Source of the DNA: the human T2T-CHM13v2.0 reference genome, Homo sapiens
Direction: 5' to 3' (one strand)
Length of the DNA stretch: 64,000 nucleotides
NCBI RefSeq assembly: GCF_009914755.1
Contig: NC_060934.1
Shown here: in pieces, positions 1-16,624 of the stretch
How the letters are laid out: every line of letters begins with the position of its first letter
How positions within the stretch are numbered: the stretch's first letter is position 1
Notes under the pieces: model-generated
What the model was told of the DNA's origin: nothing
Databases searched by the model: none
Seen by the model: the letters and a program-made list of their open reading frames with translations, nothing else
Made by a program: the position numbers and the translations under genes

Positions 1-42
1 GGGTGTGATGTTTCCTGCCTTATGTCCAAATGTTCTCATTGT

Positions 43-3866
<3,824 letters not shown>

Positions 3867-3929
3867 TGTGATGTTAGCTGGTTATTTTGCCTGTTAGTTG
3901 ATGCGGTTTCTTCGTAGCATCGATGGTCT

Positions 3930-4961
3930 TTACAATTTGGCATGTTTTTGCAGTGGCTGGTACCGGTTGTTCCCTTCCATGTTTAGTGCTTCCTTCAGAA
4001 GCTCTTGTAAGGCAGGCCTAGTGGTGACAAAATCTCTCAGCATTTGCTTCTCTGTAAAGAATTTTATTTCTCCTTCACTTATGAAGCTTAATTTGGCTGG
4101 ATATGAAATTCTGGATTGAAAATTCTTTTCTTTAAGAATGTTGAATATTGGCCTCCACTCTCTTCTGGTTTGTAGAGTTTCTGCCGAGAGATCAGCTGTT
4201 AGTCTGATGGGCTCCCCTTTGTGGGTAACCCAACCTTTCTCTCTGGCTGCCCTTAACATTTTTTCCTTCATTTCAACTTTGGTGAATCTGACAATTATGT
4301 GTCTTGGAGTTGCTCTTCTCGAGGAGTATCTCTGTGGCGTTCTCTGTATTTCCTGAATTTGAATATTGGCCTGCCTTGCTAGATTGGGGAAGTTCTCCAT
4401 GGATAATATCCTGAAGAGTGTTTTCCAACTTGGTTCCATTCTCCCCGTCACTTTCAGGTGCACCAATCAGACGTAGATTTGGTCTTTTCACATAGTCCCA
4501 TATTTCTTGAAGGCTTTGTTTGTTTCTTTTTATTCTTTTTTCTCTAAACTTCTCTTCTCGCTTCATTTCATTCATTTGGTCTTCAATCACTGACACGCTT
4601 TCTTCCACTTGATCAAATCAGCTATTGAAGCTTGTGCATGTGTCACATAGTTCTCATGCCATGGATTTCAGCTCCATCAGGTCATTTAAGGTCTTCTCTA
4701 CATGGTTTATTCTAGTTAGCCATTCATCTAATCTTTTTTTTTTCAAGGTTTTTAGCTTCGTTGTGATGGGTTTGAACATCCTCCTTTAGCTTGGAGAGGT
4801 TTGTTATTACCGACCTTCTGAAACCTACTTCTGTCAGCTCATCAAAGTTATTCTCCATCCAGCTTTGTTCTGTTGCTGGTGAGGAGCTGCAATCTTTTGG
4901 AGGAGAGGAGGCACTCTGGTTTTTTAGAATTTTCAGCTTTTCTGCCCTGGTTTCTCCCCAT
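3930..4961 (-). pseudogene. L1 ORF1 (RNA-binding protein), frameshifted
   Basis: ATG GGG AGA AAC CAG at 4961. Fragments include MGRNQGRKAENSK, EIWDYVKRPNLRLIG and RATPRHIIVRF...LQKHAKL*, split over several frames. Confidence 0.95.
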
Positions 4962-5968
4962 CTTTGTGATTTTATCTACCTTTGGTCTTTGTTGGGGTTT
5001 TGGTGTGGATGTCCTTTTTGTTGATGTTGATGCTATTCCTTTCTGTTTGTTAGTTTTCCTTCCAACAGTCAGGTCTCTCAGCTGTGGGTCTGTTGGAGTT
5101 TGCTGGAGGTCCACTCCAGAACTTGTTTTTCTGGGTATCACCAGTGGAGGATGCAGAACAGCAAATATTGCAGAACAGCAAATATTGCTGCCTGCTCCTT
5201 CTTCTGGAAGCTTGGTCCCAGAGGGGCACCCACCTGTATGAGGTGTCTGTCGGCCCCTACTGGGAGGTGTCTCCCAGTTAGGCTACATGATGGTCATGGA
5301 CCCACTTGAGGAGGCATTCTGTCTGTTCTCCGAGCTCAAACACCGTGCTGGGAGAACCACTGCTCTCTTCAGAGCTGTCAGACAGGGACATTTAAGTCTG
5401 CAGAAGGTTCTGCTGCCTTTTGTTCAGCTATGCTCTGCCCCCAGAGGTGGAGTCTACAGAGGCAGCCAGCCTTGCTGAGCTGCAGTGTGCTCTGCCCAGT
5501 TCCAGCTTCCCGGGGTGCTTCTTTTACCTACTCAAGCCTCAGCAATGGCGAACGCCCCTCCCCCTGCCAGGCTGCTGCCTCACAGGTCGATCTCAGACTG
5601 CTGCGCTAGCAGTGAGCAAGGCTCTGTGGGTGTGGGTACCACATCCACAGTATAATCTCCTGGTGTGAATTTGCTAAGACCGTTGGAAAAGCACAGTATT
5701 TGGGCAGGAGTGTCCCGTTTTTCCAGTTACTCTCTGTCGCGGCTTCCCTTGGCTAGGAAAGGGAAATCCCCTGACCCCTTGCACTTCCCGGGTGAGGCGA
5801 CACCCCACTCTGCTTCGGCATGCCCTCCATGGGCTGCACCCACTGTCAAACCAGTCCCAATGAGATGAACCAGTTACCTCAGTTGGAAGTGCAGAAATCA
5901 CCCACCTTCTGCATCGATCACGCTAGGAGCTGTACACTGGAGCTGTTCCTATTCAGCCATCTTGGAAC
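4962..5968 (-). promoter_or_regulatory. L1 5' UTR (internal sense promoter and antisense promoter region) with YY1 core
   Basis: Lies upstream of ORF1. The YY1 core CAAGATGGC is on the minus strand at 5956-5964. GC-richer than the flanks, but most CpGs have decayed. Confidence 0.8.
5545..5655 (+). pseudogene. Truncated L1 ORF0 homologue (36 aa)
   Basis: Translates MANAPPPARLLPHRSISDCCASSEQGSVGVGTTSTV*, similar to the N-terminus of primate L1 ORF0 (MAGAPPPASLPPCSLISDCCASNQRDSVGVG). The remainder (YNLLV, RPLEKHSIWAGVSRFS) continues out of frame. Confidence 0.75.
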
Positions 5969-6779
5969 AGAGAGAATATTTTTCTAAAGAAAAAAATGTT
6001 GCTGTTACCAAAGTAGGAAAATGAATACTGTACAGCCAAAGAAACCAACATATATCATTACTACAGTTAGTTCTCCTGGAGAGTTCATAATAAGATTTGG
6101 AAGATGTGACATGCTTCCATGAAGAGTTAACCTAAGGGATAAGAGTTGAATAGCCAAGCAAAACAACAGCACAAATACCTCAAAGTAATGATGTGATTAA
6201 GTCACTCTGAATGGTACTGAGGATAAGTGTTGTGAGTTCAGAGAAAAATAAAATGACTAGAGAAAGTCAGACTGCTCTCACAGAGAAGGAATAATTTAAG
6301 CCTGGCAAAGAAGGATGGGTAGAATTTGGTTAGATGGGGTGTCCTTCATCATGTATTCACCTCTGGGTAGATTTAAACTAAAAGGTCCAAGGCACACCTG
6401 GGTTGGAAGAGTTCATGTAATTAAGTGAAAATGCTAATTATTGAAACAGCAAGAGATAAGATATATAACATATTTAGAATAGAATCTTTCATGTAATTAA
6501 GTATTTAGAAAATGTTAGCATTGTTATTAACATTACCATCATTATTGTTTTAAAATTAAGACTATTCATCTGATTATATATCACATTAATTTTTATAAAT
6601 GTCTCTCAAAAAGACTGGATATATCACTCTGCCCTATGTTACAGAGTCTGATATGAACATCTACCAAAAACTGTGTCCCTGAGCTGCTTGAAAACTTATC
6701 TCTGAGACTCATATTCAAAAGGTCAGTCAGGGCAGCCACAACCAGATCTTCACCTAAATTAGCCAGGATATTTTTAGAT

Positions 6780-7180
6780 GGAACCAAGGTTGACATGTCC
6801 ATATCCTCTCTAGGATGCTGTGTTAGTATTGTCACTCTCCCTGAAAAGACGTTCTTAGTTGTGTCAAATCAAGTTATTTTGCTGTAATATTTATGTGTGC
6901 TAACCCCTGTTGAAATGGAAAACAACCTGTCAGTCTCATCCTCTTAATGATTCTTACACTTGAATGCTATTGTCGCTTTTTGGCTTCCTCTTCTCTGAGC
7001 TAAAAACACTCCAGCTCCTTTCATCTTTATTTACAGCTTCCCCTATGCTTTTTTATGTTTTTTAAAATGCCTTCGTTGTTGCTTTTTTTCCTCAGGATCA
7101 CTTGCAGCTTTTCTATGTCTCTTTTTACACTTTCTGGAACAAAATTGTACAGAGTAGGTGATCACAGAGGTCCAATGAAT
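6780..7180 (-). mobile_element. Probable L3/CR1 LINE remnant
   Basis: Degenerate similarity to L3 (cttctctgagctaaaaacactccagctcctttcatc). Boundaries approximate. Confidence 0.4.
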
Positions 7181-7204
7181 AGGTCCAGGAGACCTCTGAA
7201 GAAG

Positions 7205-7415
7205 CAATAATCATGAACAATTATGGAGTGCTTACTATGTGCTAGATATTGTGCTGAGCAACTTACATACATTCTTTAATAGTTAAAATACTATGGCAAT
7301 CATTACCCCTATTTCACATTCATGATAGGTTTTAGAGATAGTACATGGCACAGCCTGGACAAAACTCAAGTCTGCTCAATATCAGAGCCTGTGGTCTTAA
7401 CCCCCAGGCTATATT
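7205..7415 (-). mobile_element. MIR SINE
   Basis: gagtgcttactatgtgctag...cagagcctgtggtcttaacc matches the reverse complement of the MIR consensus. Confidence 0.7.
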
Positions 7416-8385
7416 ATAGCCCATTAAGCTTGGGACCATGGTAACAAACAGATGATTGGATGATCAAGGCCCCAATGTGCTTTATCTTAGAGCAGCACTT
7501 TTCTAATTTTTCCACCTGGTATTCAGAATACATGGGGAGAATCACAACATGGTCCACCAGAAATGGGAGAGATTATTTAGGAGCTCATCTTTTTAATCTT
7601 AAAAATCCATGTATGTTTTGCATTCCATTTAACAATATATTCAAGTTTATTCAAGTACTAAAAAGTTGAAATTATAAACACCAAGTGAAATTGAATCTCC
7701 TAAAAAGATACATCATGTTTATTGTTACCTGGAGTTCTCCAGGGCTATGGAAAGCTCAGATTGAGAATCAGAGCCATAGCAATGACTATGATACCTTTAG
7801 CATGCAAGATATTTCAGAGGAGTTTCCACCACTTGCCTCCTCCTTCACAGAATCCTCCCCCAAATAAGAGACAAAGCATCACTCAGAATTACATCCCAGT
7901 GTGCCCTGTAATATACACCATTTGTGAAATGTCTGTTGCTATAACTCAATGCCATATGGTATAGAGTTATTTAGATCCAGGTAAAATTTGGGGGAAATCC
8001 AACTAAAATGATGATTTTTTCATTTTAATATCATTGATCTGTTGTTTTTCGTTCTGGTAATGATTAAATATAATACAGGATACTTATTTGCTATGTCCAT
8101 TTTGGGTTTGTAACAATGTAACTTATCTCCTGCATTTAAGAGAAGGTTACCCTTCTATTCTCTTATGGGAGTGGAGCATAGGGGAAGGAGTGACAGTGCA
8201 TCGATCTCATCCCAAACTGTAATCAAATAGCCATCTTATAAAGTTGACAGGGAGGGAAAATGCTTTCTGCTTCATCAACCAAACTTTCGTGGTAGTATTT
8301 GTGATACTGGTAGCCTTACATGACCATCAGCAGTTGGGAGTGGAGAGCAAAGTTTGTACTGAGCTCCCACAGTTTGCCACCAAAC

Positions 8386-8508
8386 AAGGGAATCATATAA
8401 TTTTTGTATAATTTATCATTCAAACTGGGGCACTCTGGAGAAAGAAAGGGGGCACAGTAGTCACAAACTTGGACTAACCTGGGCAAAGTGGGACACATGG
8501 TCACACTG
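8386..8508 (-). mobile_element. MER81-like hAT-Blackjack MITE
   Basis: tataatttatcattcaaactggggcactctggagaaagaaagggggc...gggacacatggtcacact matches the reverse complement of MER81. Confidence 0.7.
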
Positions 8509-9084
8509 CCCATCACCAATTCCTCACACGGAGTCACAGGCAAAGGAAGGGTCAATTATACTAAAAACCTAATGCTATCCAATCTAATTTCACATTGCTT
8601 TTTTGGTGACACCTATGTCTGATTTTAGCTGTGGATAATAGGTTCTCATATTTTAAAAGGACCCCTCTACCCCAAATTCCTGTATTAATGTGACTCTTCT
8701 TCACATATCTTGGGTATATGTTTATGCGTGTCTATTTACCAATAATTGCATCTAAACTAGCAACATTGTTGCTTATTTATGTCCAATTTGTGTTATATTT
8801 TGACCATGAGATTTTTTTTTTGCGGGAAGAACCGTGGTTAGTCAATTTTTCTCATCATATATTTGAGTATGTTCATGCTTGCTCCTAATTGTATTCTTTA
8901 TAATTATTGAATTTCTATTTCAGTTTTGAAGGACTTTCACACAAACAATTTACAAAATTTGATTCCTGTCTTGAGGAAGGCATTGGCAGCCCTCACCAAC
9001 TTGATTCAGCTGCCACCTTAATTAATAGCTGTTGATATCAATCACAGGACCACTTAGTGTGAAACCAAGGAAAAGGCCTCCAAG

Positions 9085-9417
9085 ATTATTCTGATTGCCA
9101 TAACAGATAAATACCCTAATCTCAGTAGTTTGAAAAAATGGAAGTTATTTTTTTTTCATGCAAGTCAAAACTAAATGGGTATTCGTAACACCAGTATGTC
9201 TCTCCTCTGAGAAGTGATTGAGAGATCTAATTTTCTTCTATCCTGTTGCTCTTGGGCTAGGCTTGGAGGTAGAACACGTCACATCCACTGATCTTCTATT
9301 GCCCAGAAAATCATAGGACCACAACTCGCTGCAAAGAGCTTGGTAAATACAATCTGGCTGCCTTCCCAGGAGTAAGAGGAAATAGATTAGGTGAACACCT
9401 GGTCAGTCTATGCCACA
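9085..9417 (-). mobile_element. Old MaLR solo LTR (MLT1J/K/L-like)
   Basis: Characteristic MLT1 blocks (cacgtcacatccactgatcttctattgcccagaa...ggtgaacacctggtcagtctatgccaca). Confidence 0.65.
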
Positions 9418-10619
9418 GAAGTGATTCTTCCATACCATTTGTTTGGCACATTAAGCAAGGATAGTACCTGGTATAAGAAAGTCAGAACCTAGTCTATACC
9501 ATATTCCCTTAGTGTGAGAATTGCGTAGACCCCAAAGCTTTATCAAAGCTTTTGCAGAGGCAATAGATCAAATAGACTCAGGTATGACTGTGAGTAACTC
9601 ACTTAAACTCTATGAGCTTCAATTTCCTCATCTTTAAAATTTAGGCAGAAGCACCGAGTACCATTTCCGCTGCATAGAAAGTAATTATTTCTTATGGTTT
9701 CATAATGGAATGTGTTATGAACCAGTATTGGATTCATTATAGTTTTTTGTTTGTTTTTATAGTAACTTTCCTATATGGGAGCTGAATTAACTGATCTTTT
9801 CTTTTTTCCTCTTTTATTTTAGATTCAGTGGGTACATGTGCAAGTTTGTTACATGGGTATATTGCATGATGCTGAAGTTTGAGGTACAATTAATATCATC
9901 CAGATAGTAAGCATAGTGCCTAATGGGTAATTTTTCAGCCCTCCCCTCCTGACCCCCCACCTAGTAGTCCCCAGTGTCTATTGTTTCTGTTTTTATCTCC
10001 ATGTGAACCCAATGTTTAGCTCCCACTTATAAATGAGAACATGCAATATTTGGTTTTCGGTTCCTGTTTTAGAATAATGACCTCCAGTTGCACCCATATT
10101 GCTACAAAGGACATACTTTCATTCTGTTTCATGGCTGAATAGCACTCCATAGTGTATTTGTACCACATTTTCTTAATCCAGCCAGCTGTTGATGGGCACC
10201 TACGTTGATTCCATGTCTTTGCTGCTGTGAATAGTACTGCAATGAATATACGAGTGCATGTGTCTTTTGGGTAGAATGATTTATTTTTCTTTGGATATAT
10301 ACCCACTAATGGGATTGCTTAGTCAAATGATAGTTTTGTTTTTAGTTCTTTGAGAAATCTGCGAACTGCTTTCCATCATCTCTGAACTAATTTACATTCC
10401 CACCAACAGTGTATAAGCATCCCCTTTTCTTCATAGCCCCATCAACAAATTACTTTTTGACTCCTTAATAACAGACATTCTGACTGGTGTGAGATGGTAT
10501 GTCGGTGTGGTTTTGATTTGCAATTCTCAGATGATTAGTGATGTTGAGCTCTTTTCAAATGTTTCTTGGCCACTTGTCTGTCTTATTTTGAGATGTGTCA
10601 TTCGTATCCTTTGCCCACA

Positions 10620-10916
10620 TTTTTTTTTTTTTTTTCTGAGATGGAGTCTCACTCTGTTGCCAGGCTGGAGTGCGGTGGCATGATCTCGATTCACTGCAGC
10701 CTCTGCCTCCTGGATTGAAGTGATTCTTCTGCCTCAGCCTCCTGAGTAGCTGGAACTACAGGCACGTGCCACCATGCCTAGCTGATTTTTGTATTTTTAG
10801 TAGAGACGGGGTTTCACCATGTTGGCCAGGACGGTCTCGACCTCTTGACCTCATGATCCACCTGCCTTGGCCTCCCAGAGTGCTGGGATTACAGATATAA
10901 GCCACTGTGCCCAGCC
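10620..10916 (-). mobile_element. AluSc-like SINE nested in L1
   Basis: Full-length Alu with poly-T. TSD ctttgcccac at 10609-10618 and 10919-10928. AluSc-type positions (ctctgttgccagg, ctcttgacctcatgatcc). Confidence 0.93.
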
Positions 10917-12950
10917 CTCTTTGCCCACTTTTTAATGGGGTTATTTGTCTTTTGCTTATAGAATTGTTTTAAGTTCCCTATAGATTCTGGATAGTAGACC
11001 TTTGTCAGATGCATAGTTTGTGGATATTTTCTCCCATTCTGTATGTTGTCTGTTTACTTTGTTGATAGTTTATTTTGCTGTGCAGAATCTCTTTAGTTTA
11101 ATTAGGTCCTTCTTGTCCATTTTTGGTTTTTTTTGCATTACTTTTGGAGACTTAGTAATAAATTCTACTCCAAGGCCTCTGTCCAGAATGATATTTCCTA
11201 GGTTTACTTCTAGGATTTTTATAGTTTGATGTCATACATTTAAGTCTTTAATCCATCTCGAGTTAATTTTTGTATATGGTGAAAGGTAAGTGTTCAATTT
11301 CATTCTTCTGCCTATGGATAGCCAGTTATCCTAGCACCATTTGTTGAATAGAATGTCCATTTCCCACTGTTTATTTTTGTCAACTTTGTCAAAGATCAGA
11401 TGGCTAAAGGTGCACAGCTTTATTTCTGGGTTCTCTATTCTTTTCCATTGGTCTATGTGTCTATTTTTGTACCAGTACCAAATTGTTTTTGGCTGCTGTA
11501 GCCTTATAGTGTAGTTTCAAATCAGGTAATGGGATATCTCTGGCTTTATTCATTTTGCTTAGGATTGCTTTGGCTATGCTGGTTCTTTTTCGGTTCCATA
11601 TGAATTTTAGAATAGTTTTTTCTTGTTCTGTGAAAATGACTTTGGTAGTTTGATAGGAATAGCATTGAATCAGTAGATTGCTTTGGGCAATATGGCCATT
11701 TTAATGATATTGATTCTTCCAATCCATGAACATGGATTGTTTTTCCATTTCTTTTTGCCATTGTGATTTCTTTCACCAGTGTTTTGTAGTTTTCCTTGTA
11801 GAAATCTTTCACCTCTTTGGTTAGATGTATTCCTAGGAATTTATTTATTTATTTAGTGGCTACTGTAAATTGGCTTGCATTCTTGATTTGGCTCTCAGCT
11901 TGAGTTATTGGTGTATAGAAATGCAACTCATTTTCTACATTGAATTTTGTATCCTGAAACTTTACTGAAGTCATTTATCACCTCTAGGAGCCTTTTGGTG
12001 GAGTCTTCAGAGTTTTCTAGATCTAGAATCATATTGTCAGTGAAGAGAGATAGTTTGAGGTCTTCTTTTTCTATTTGGATGCCTTTTATTTTTTTCCTGC
12101 CCAATTGCTCTGGCTAGGACTTCTAGTACTAGAATAGAAGTGGTGAGAGTGGGCATTCTTATCTTGTTCCTACTCTTAAGGAGAATGTTTTAATCTTTTG
12201 CCTGGTCATTATGATTTTGGCAATGGGTTTGTCATAGATAGCTCTTACTATTTTGAGGTATGGTTCAATGATGGCTAGTTTTTTAAGGGTTTTTATTATG
12301 AAAGGATGTTGGATTTTATCAAAAGCTTTTTCTGTGTCTATTTTGATGATGTTATGGTTTTTGTTTTTGATTCTTTGGTGAATCATATTTATTGATCTGT
12401 GTATGTTAAAATAACTTTGTATTTCAGGAATAAAGCCTATTTGATTGTGGTAAATTAACTTTTTGATGTGCTGCTAGATTTGGTTTGCAAGTATTTTGTT
12501 GAGGATTTTTGGGTCTATATTCATCCAGAATATCAGCTTGTAGTTTTCTTTTTTCATTGTATCTTTGTCATATTGGTATCAGGATGATACCAGCTCTTCT
12601 TTGTATGCCTGGTAGAATTTGGCCGTCAGTTCATCTGGTCCAGGGACTTTTTTGTTCGGTGGGTTTTTTATTACTGATTCAATATTGGAACTTGATATTG
12701 GTCCGTTCAGGGTTTCAGTTTCTTCCTGATTCAATCTTGGGAGGTTGTATGTTTCCAGGACTTTATCTATTTCCTCTAGACTTTCTAGTTTGTGTGCATA
12801 GAGGTGTTCATAATTATCTTTGAGGATCTTTTGTATTTCTGTGGGATCAGTTATAATGTCACCTTTGTTGTTTCTGATTGTGCTTATTTGAATCTTCTCT
12901 CTTTTTCTTTATTAATCTAGCTATTGATTAATCAACTTTGTTTATCTTTT

Positions 12951-13687
12951 CTTTTTTTCAAATTTAATGAATTTTTTTATGATACTTTAAGTTCTAGGGT
13001 ACATGTGCACAACGTGCAGGTTTGTTACATATGTATACATGTGACATGTTGGTGTGCTGCACCCATTAACTCATCATTTACATTAGGTATATCTCCTAAT
13101 GCTATCCCTCCCACCTCCCCCTACTCCATGACAGGCCCTGGTGTGTGATGTTCCCCTTCCTGTGTCCAAGTGTTCTCATTGTTCAATTCCCACCTATGAG
13201 TGAGAACATGTGGTGTTTGGTTTTCTGTCCTTGCGATAGTTTGCTGAGAATGATGGTTTCCAGCTTCATTCATGTCCCTACAAAGGACATGAACTCATCC
13301 TTTTCTGTGGCTGCATAGTATTCCGTGGTGTATATGTGCAACATTTTCTTAATCCAGTCTATCATTGATGGACATTTGGGTTGGTTCCAAGTCTTTGCTA
13401 TTGTGAATATTGCCTCAATAAGCATACTTATGCATGTGTCTTTATAGCAGCATGATTTATAATCCTTTGGGTATATACCCAGTAATGGGATGGCTGGGTC
13501 AAATGGTATTTCTAGTTCTAGATCCTTGAGGAATCACCACACTGTCTTCTACAATGGTTGAAGTAGTTTACAGTCCCACCAACAGTGTAAAATTGTTCCT
13601 ATGTCTCCACATCCTCTCCAGCACCTGTTGTTTCCTGACTTTTTAATGATCGCCATTCTAATTGGTGTGAGATGGTATCTCATTGTG
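12951..13687 (-). mobile_element. 5'-truncated younger L1 (L1PA4/5-like) 3' fragment nested in the older L1
   Basis: L1PA 3' end (actttaagttctagggtacatgtgcacaacgtgcagg). The 11-bp TSD gtttatctttt lies at 12940-12950 and 13688-13698. Confidence 0.93.
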
Positions 13688-15514
13688 GTTTATCTTTTTA
13701 AAGAACAAATTTTTTGTTTTGTTGCTGCTTTGTGTAGATTTTTGGGTCTCAATTTCATTTAGTTCTCTAATTTTAGTTATTTCTTTTCTGCTAGCTTTGA
13801 GGTTAGTTTGTTATTGTTTTTCTAGTTCCTCTGGGGTGATATTAGATTGTTAATTTGAGATCTTTTTAACTTCTTAATGTGAGTGTTTAGCACTTTCCCC
13901 TTGACACTGGTTTTGCTGCATCCTAGAGATTTTGATATGTTGTGTCTGTGTTTTAATTTATCTCAAAGAATTTTTTGATTTCTGCCTTAATTTCATTGTA
14001 TTTGCAAAAGTCATTCAGAAGCAAGTTGTTTAATTTCTATGTAATTTTTGTGATTTTAGGAGATTCTCTTGGTGTTGATTTCCATTTTTCTTTTACTGTG
14101 GTCTGAGAGTATGGTTGGTATAATTTCAATGTTTTTGAACGTATGGAGACTTGCTTTACAGCCAAGCATGTCATCAACCTCAGAGTATGTTCTATGTGCA
14201 GTTGGTAAGACTATATCTTCTTTGGTTGTTGAGTGGAATGTTCTATAGATGTCTGTTAGGTCCAACTGGTCAAATCTTGAATTTAAGTCCAGAATTTGTT
14301 AGTTTTCTGCTTGGATAATCTGTCTAGTAAAGTGTTGAATTCCCCTACTACTATTGTGTGGACATCTGTGTCTTTTTTGTGGGTCTAGTACTTGTTTTAT
14401 GAATCTGGGTGTTCCAATGTTCGGTGCATGCATATTTAGGATAATTAAATATTTTTGCTGAATTTAACCCTTTATCATTATGTAGTGTTCTTCTTTGTCA
14501 TTTTTTTTTTTTTACTGTTTTTGGTTTAAAGTCTATTTTAACTAATCAGTGGATAAGCTTAAATTTTCTAGCATGCACTAGCAAATACCTTTTGTAATTT
14601 CTTCCCTCCCATCCCCCTCAACTCAATGAAGTACAGACAGTATACTGTTCAGAGAGATGGTTTAACAATTCCACTTCCAAACACAGAATTTCCCACCTAA
14701 GTGGTCCTTAATAGATGAATCTATCCCAAGGCATAATATCACCTTTTGTAGTGCCCAGGAATTCATTCAGTCTTCCAAGGCCTGTTAAGCAGTAGTGTGA
14801 CCCTAGTGCCACCTTGATGCCTGGAAGATCCTACTGATAATCCATCTAGTTTCTCAATGCGTAGTTCAATTCTTTCTTTCTTTATTCTAATCAGGCTTTC
14901 CATTTTCTCTCATGAAGAGTGTTTGATTCTGGGTTATCTGTGAGTCCATTTATTGGATACTTTTGCATAATATAGTAAATATGAGTTCAAGAATTACTGA
15001 CATTAACAATTGTAAATTGTTCAAAATCAAGAACCATCTTCAGTCCAGATTCCCATTAGATATCATTTTCTTGCTTTGTATACACTGTCATTTTTATTTT
15101 TGCATCTGCCTTCAGGAAAGAGAGTGTCATGAGCTTATATGCATATAGAAGGAGAGTAAGGGAAAAACACACAGTAACAGGCAGACACATTCACTTGTTT
15201 TATTTTCGCACATTTAATTCTATTAAACAGGTATTGATGGCTTTATTTCAATAAAATGAGTAAACGGAAATTCAGAATTCTTCTTCTGCCCATACTTTAA
15301 GTGCTGATATTCTCCAGAGTTATATCCAAGGCCCTCTGCTTTCATTCACAATCTCCTCCCACAGGGTGACTAAGATTCCTTATCTGCTGCCTTTTACTCC
15401 TGCCCTGAGAATCAGACACGTGCACCCAGTGATCTATTTGTCTGATGGTTCACCTCAATGTCCAACATATCCCAAACTGAACTAATCATTCATACACTGT
15501 ATTTCATAAGGAAT

Positions 15515-15876
15515 TGTATTAGTCTGTTCTCATGCTGCTAATAAAGACATACCCGAAATTGGGTAGTTTATAAAGAAGAAGAGGTTTAATGGATTCACAG
15601 CTCCATGTGGCTGGAAAGGCCTTACAATCATGGTGGAAGGCAAAGGAGGAGCAAAGTTATGTCTTACATGGTGGCAGGCAAGAGAGAGCATGTGCAGGGA
15701 AACTCCCCATTATGAAACCATCAGATCTCATGAGACTTATTCACTATCACGAGAACAGCATGGGAAAGACCCACTCCCATGATTCAATTACCTCCCACCA
15801 GGTCCCTCATATGACATGTGGGAATTATGGGAGCTACAATTCAAGATTTAAGTGGGGATACAGCAAAACCATATCA
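15515..15876 (-). mobile_element. THE1C-like MaLR solo LTR
   Basis: Termini tgtattagtctgttctc...aaaccatatca, with gaat on both flanks. Confidence 0.92.
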
Positions 15877-15887
15877 GAATTGATTAC

Positions 15888-16610
15888 ATTTTTTATTCAA
15901 ATATAACATACATGCTAGAGACAGCACAAATCTTAAGGGCATGACTTGATGAATCTCCAGAAAGTGCACACACTTGTATAAGCAGACCCCACATCAAGCT
16001 AAGACATAACCAGTAGCTAGTAGCACCCCCATGCCCCTTTTAGTTTTTATCTTCCCCATTCTAAAAGTGACACTATCTTGATTTCTAATAACATAGATTA
16101 GTTTTGCTTGATTTTGAATGTTCTGTAAATGGAATCATATAGTATGTTCCCTCTGTGTCTGGCTTCGTTAGCACAATATTATGAGATTCATCCATGTTGT
16201 TGTATATAGCTGTAGCATGTTCATCTCATAAATATATGATATTCTACTGTATTAACAAACCACAATTTATTTATTTTTAGTCAACTACTGATAGGCTTTT
16301 TGGTTAAGTATAGGGCTATTAAGCATAATGAAGCTATACATTTATTGTACATGTTTTTTAGCAAAGATATGTACAGATTTCTGTGAGCTATATGGCCAAA
16401 ATGGAATTGCTGGTTCAAGGTTACACATAAGTTGACCTTAGTAGATATTCCCAAATGCTTTTCTAAAGTGTATGCCAACTTACACGCTATCAACACTATC
16501 AACAGCATATATGAGTTCCCATTTCTCCATCCTTACTAACACTTGGTATTGCTAAAGGAAGTCTTTTTGCATTTTAGCCATTCAGGTGTGTGTGCAAATT
16601 TAATTTGCGT
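15888..16610 (-). mobile_element. Ancient L1M (L1MC/ME-like) 3' region
   Basis: Typical L1M 3' UTR blocks (gtaaatggaatcatatagtatg, gagattcatccatgttgttgtatatagctgtag). Confidence 0.75.
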
Positions 16611-16624
16611 TTGCTTGGGAACCA

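Larger units (their letters stand above)
9796..14541 (-). mobile_element. 5'-truncated older LINE-1 (L1PA15/16-like) interrupted by two younger insertions
   Basis: The 3' end ttttagattcagtgggtacatgtgcaagtttgttacatgggtatattgcatgatgctga is typical of L1PA15-16. ORF2-like fragments ([24 protein letters not shown]) extend to the EN domain. Confidence 0.9.

Noticed and set aside
15589-15906. ORFs over THE1 and other LTRs (also 28052, 35383, 57685, 59957)
   Set aside because: They lie inside non-coding solo LTRs, and their similarity to one another just reflects the shared repeat.
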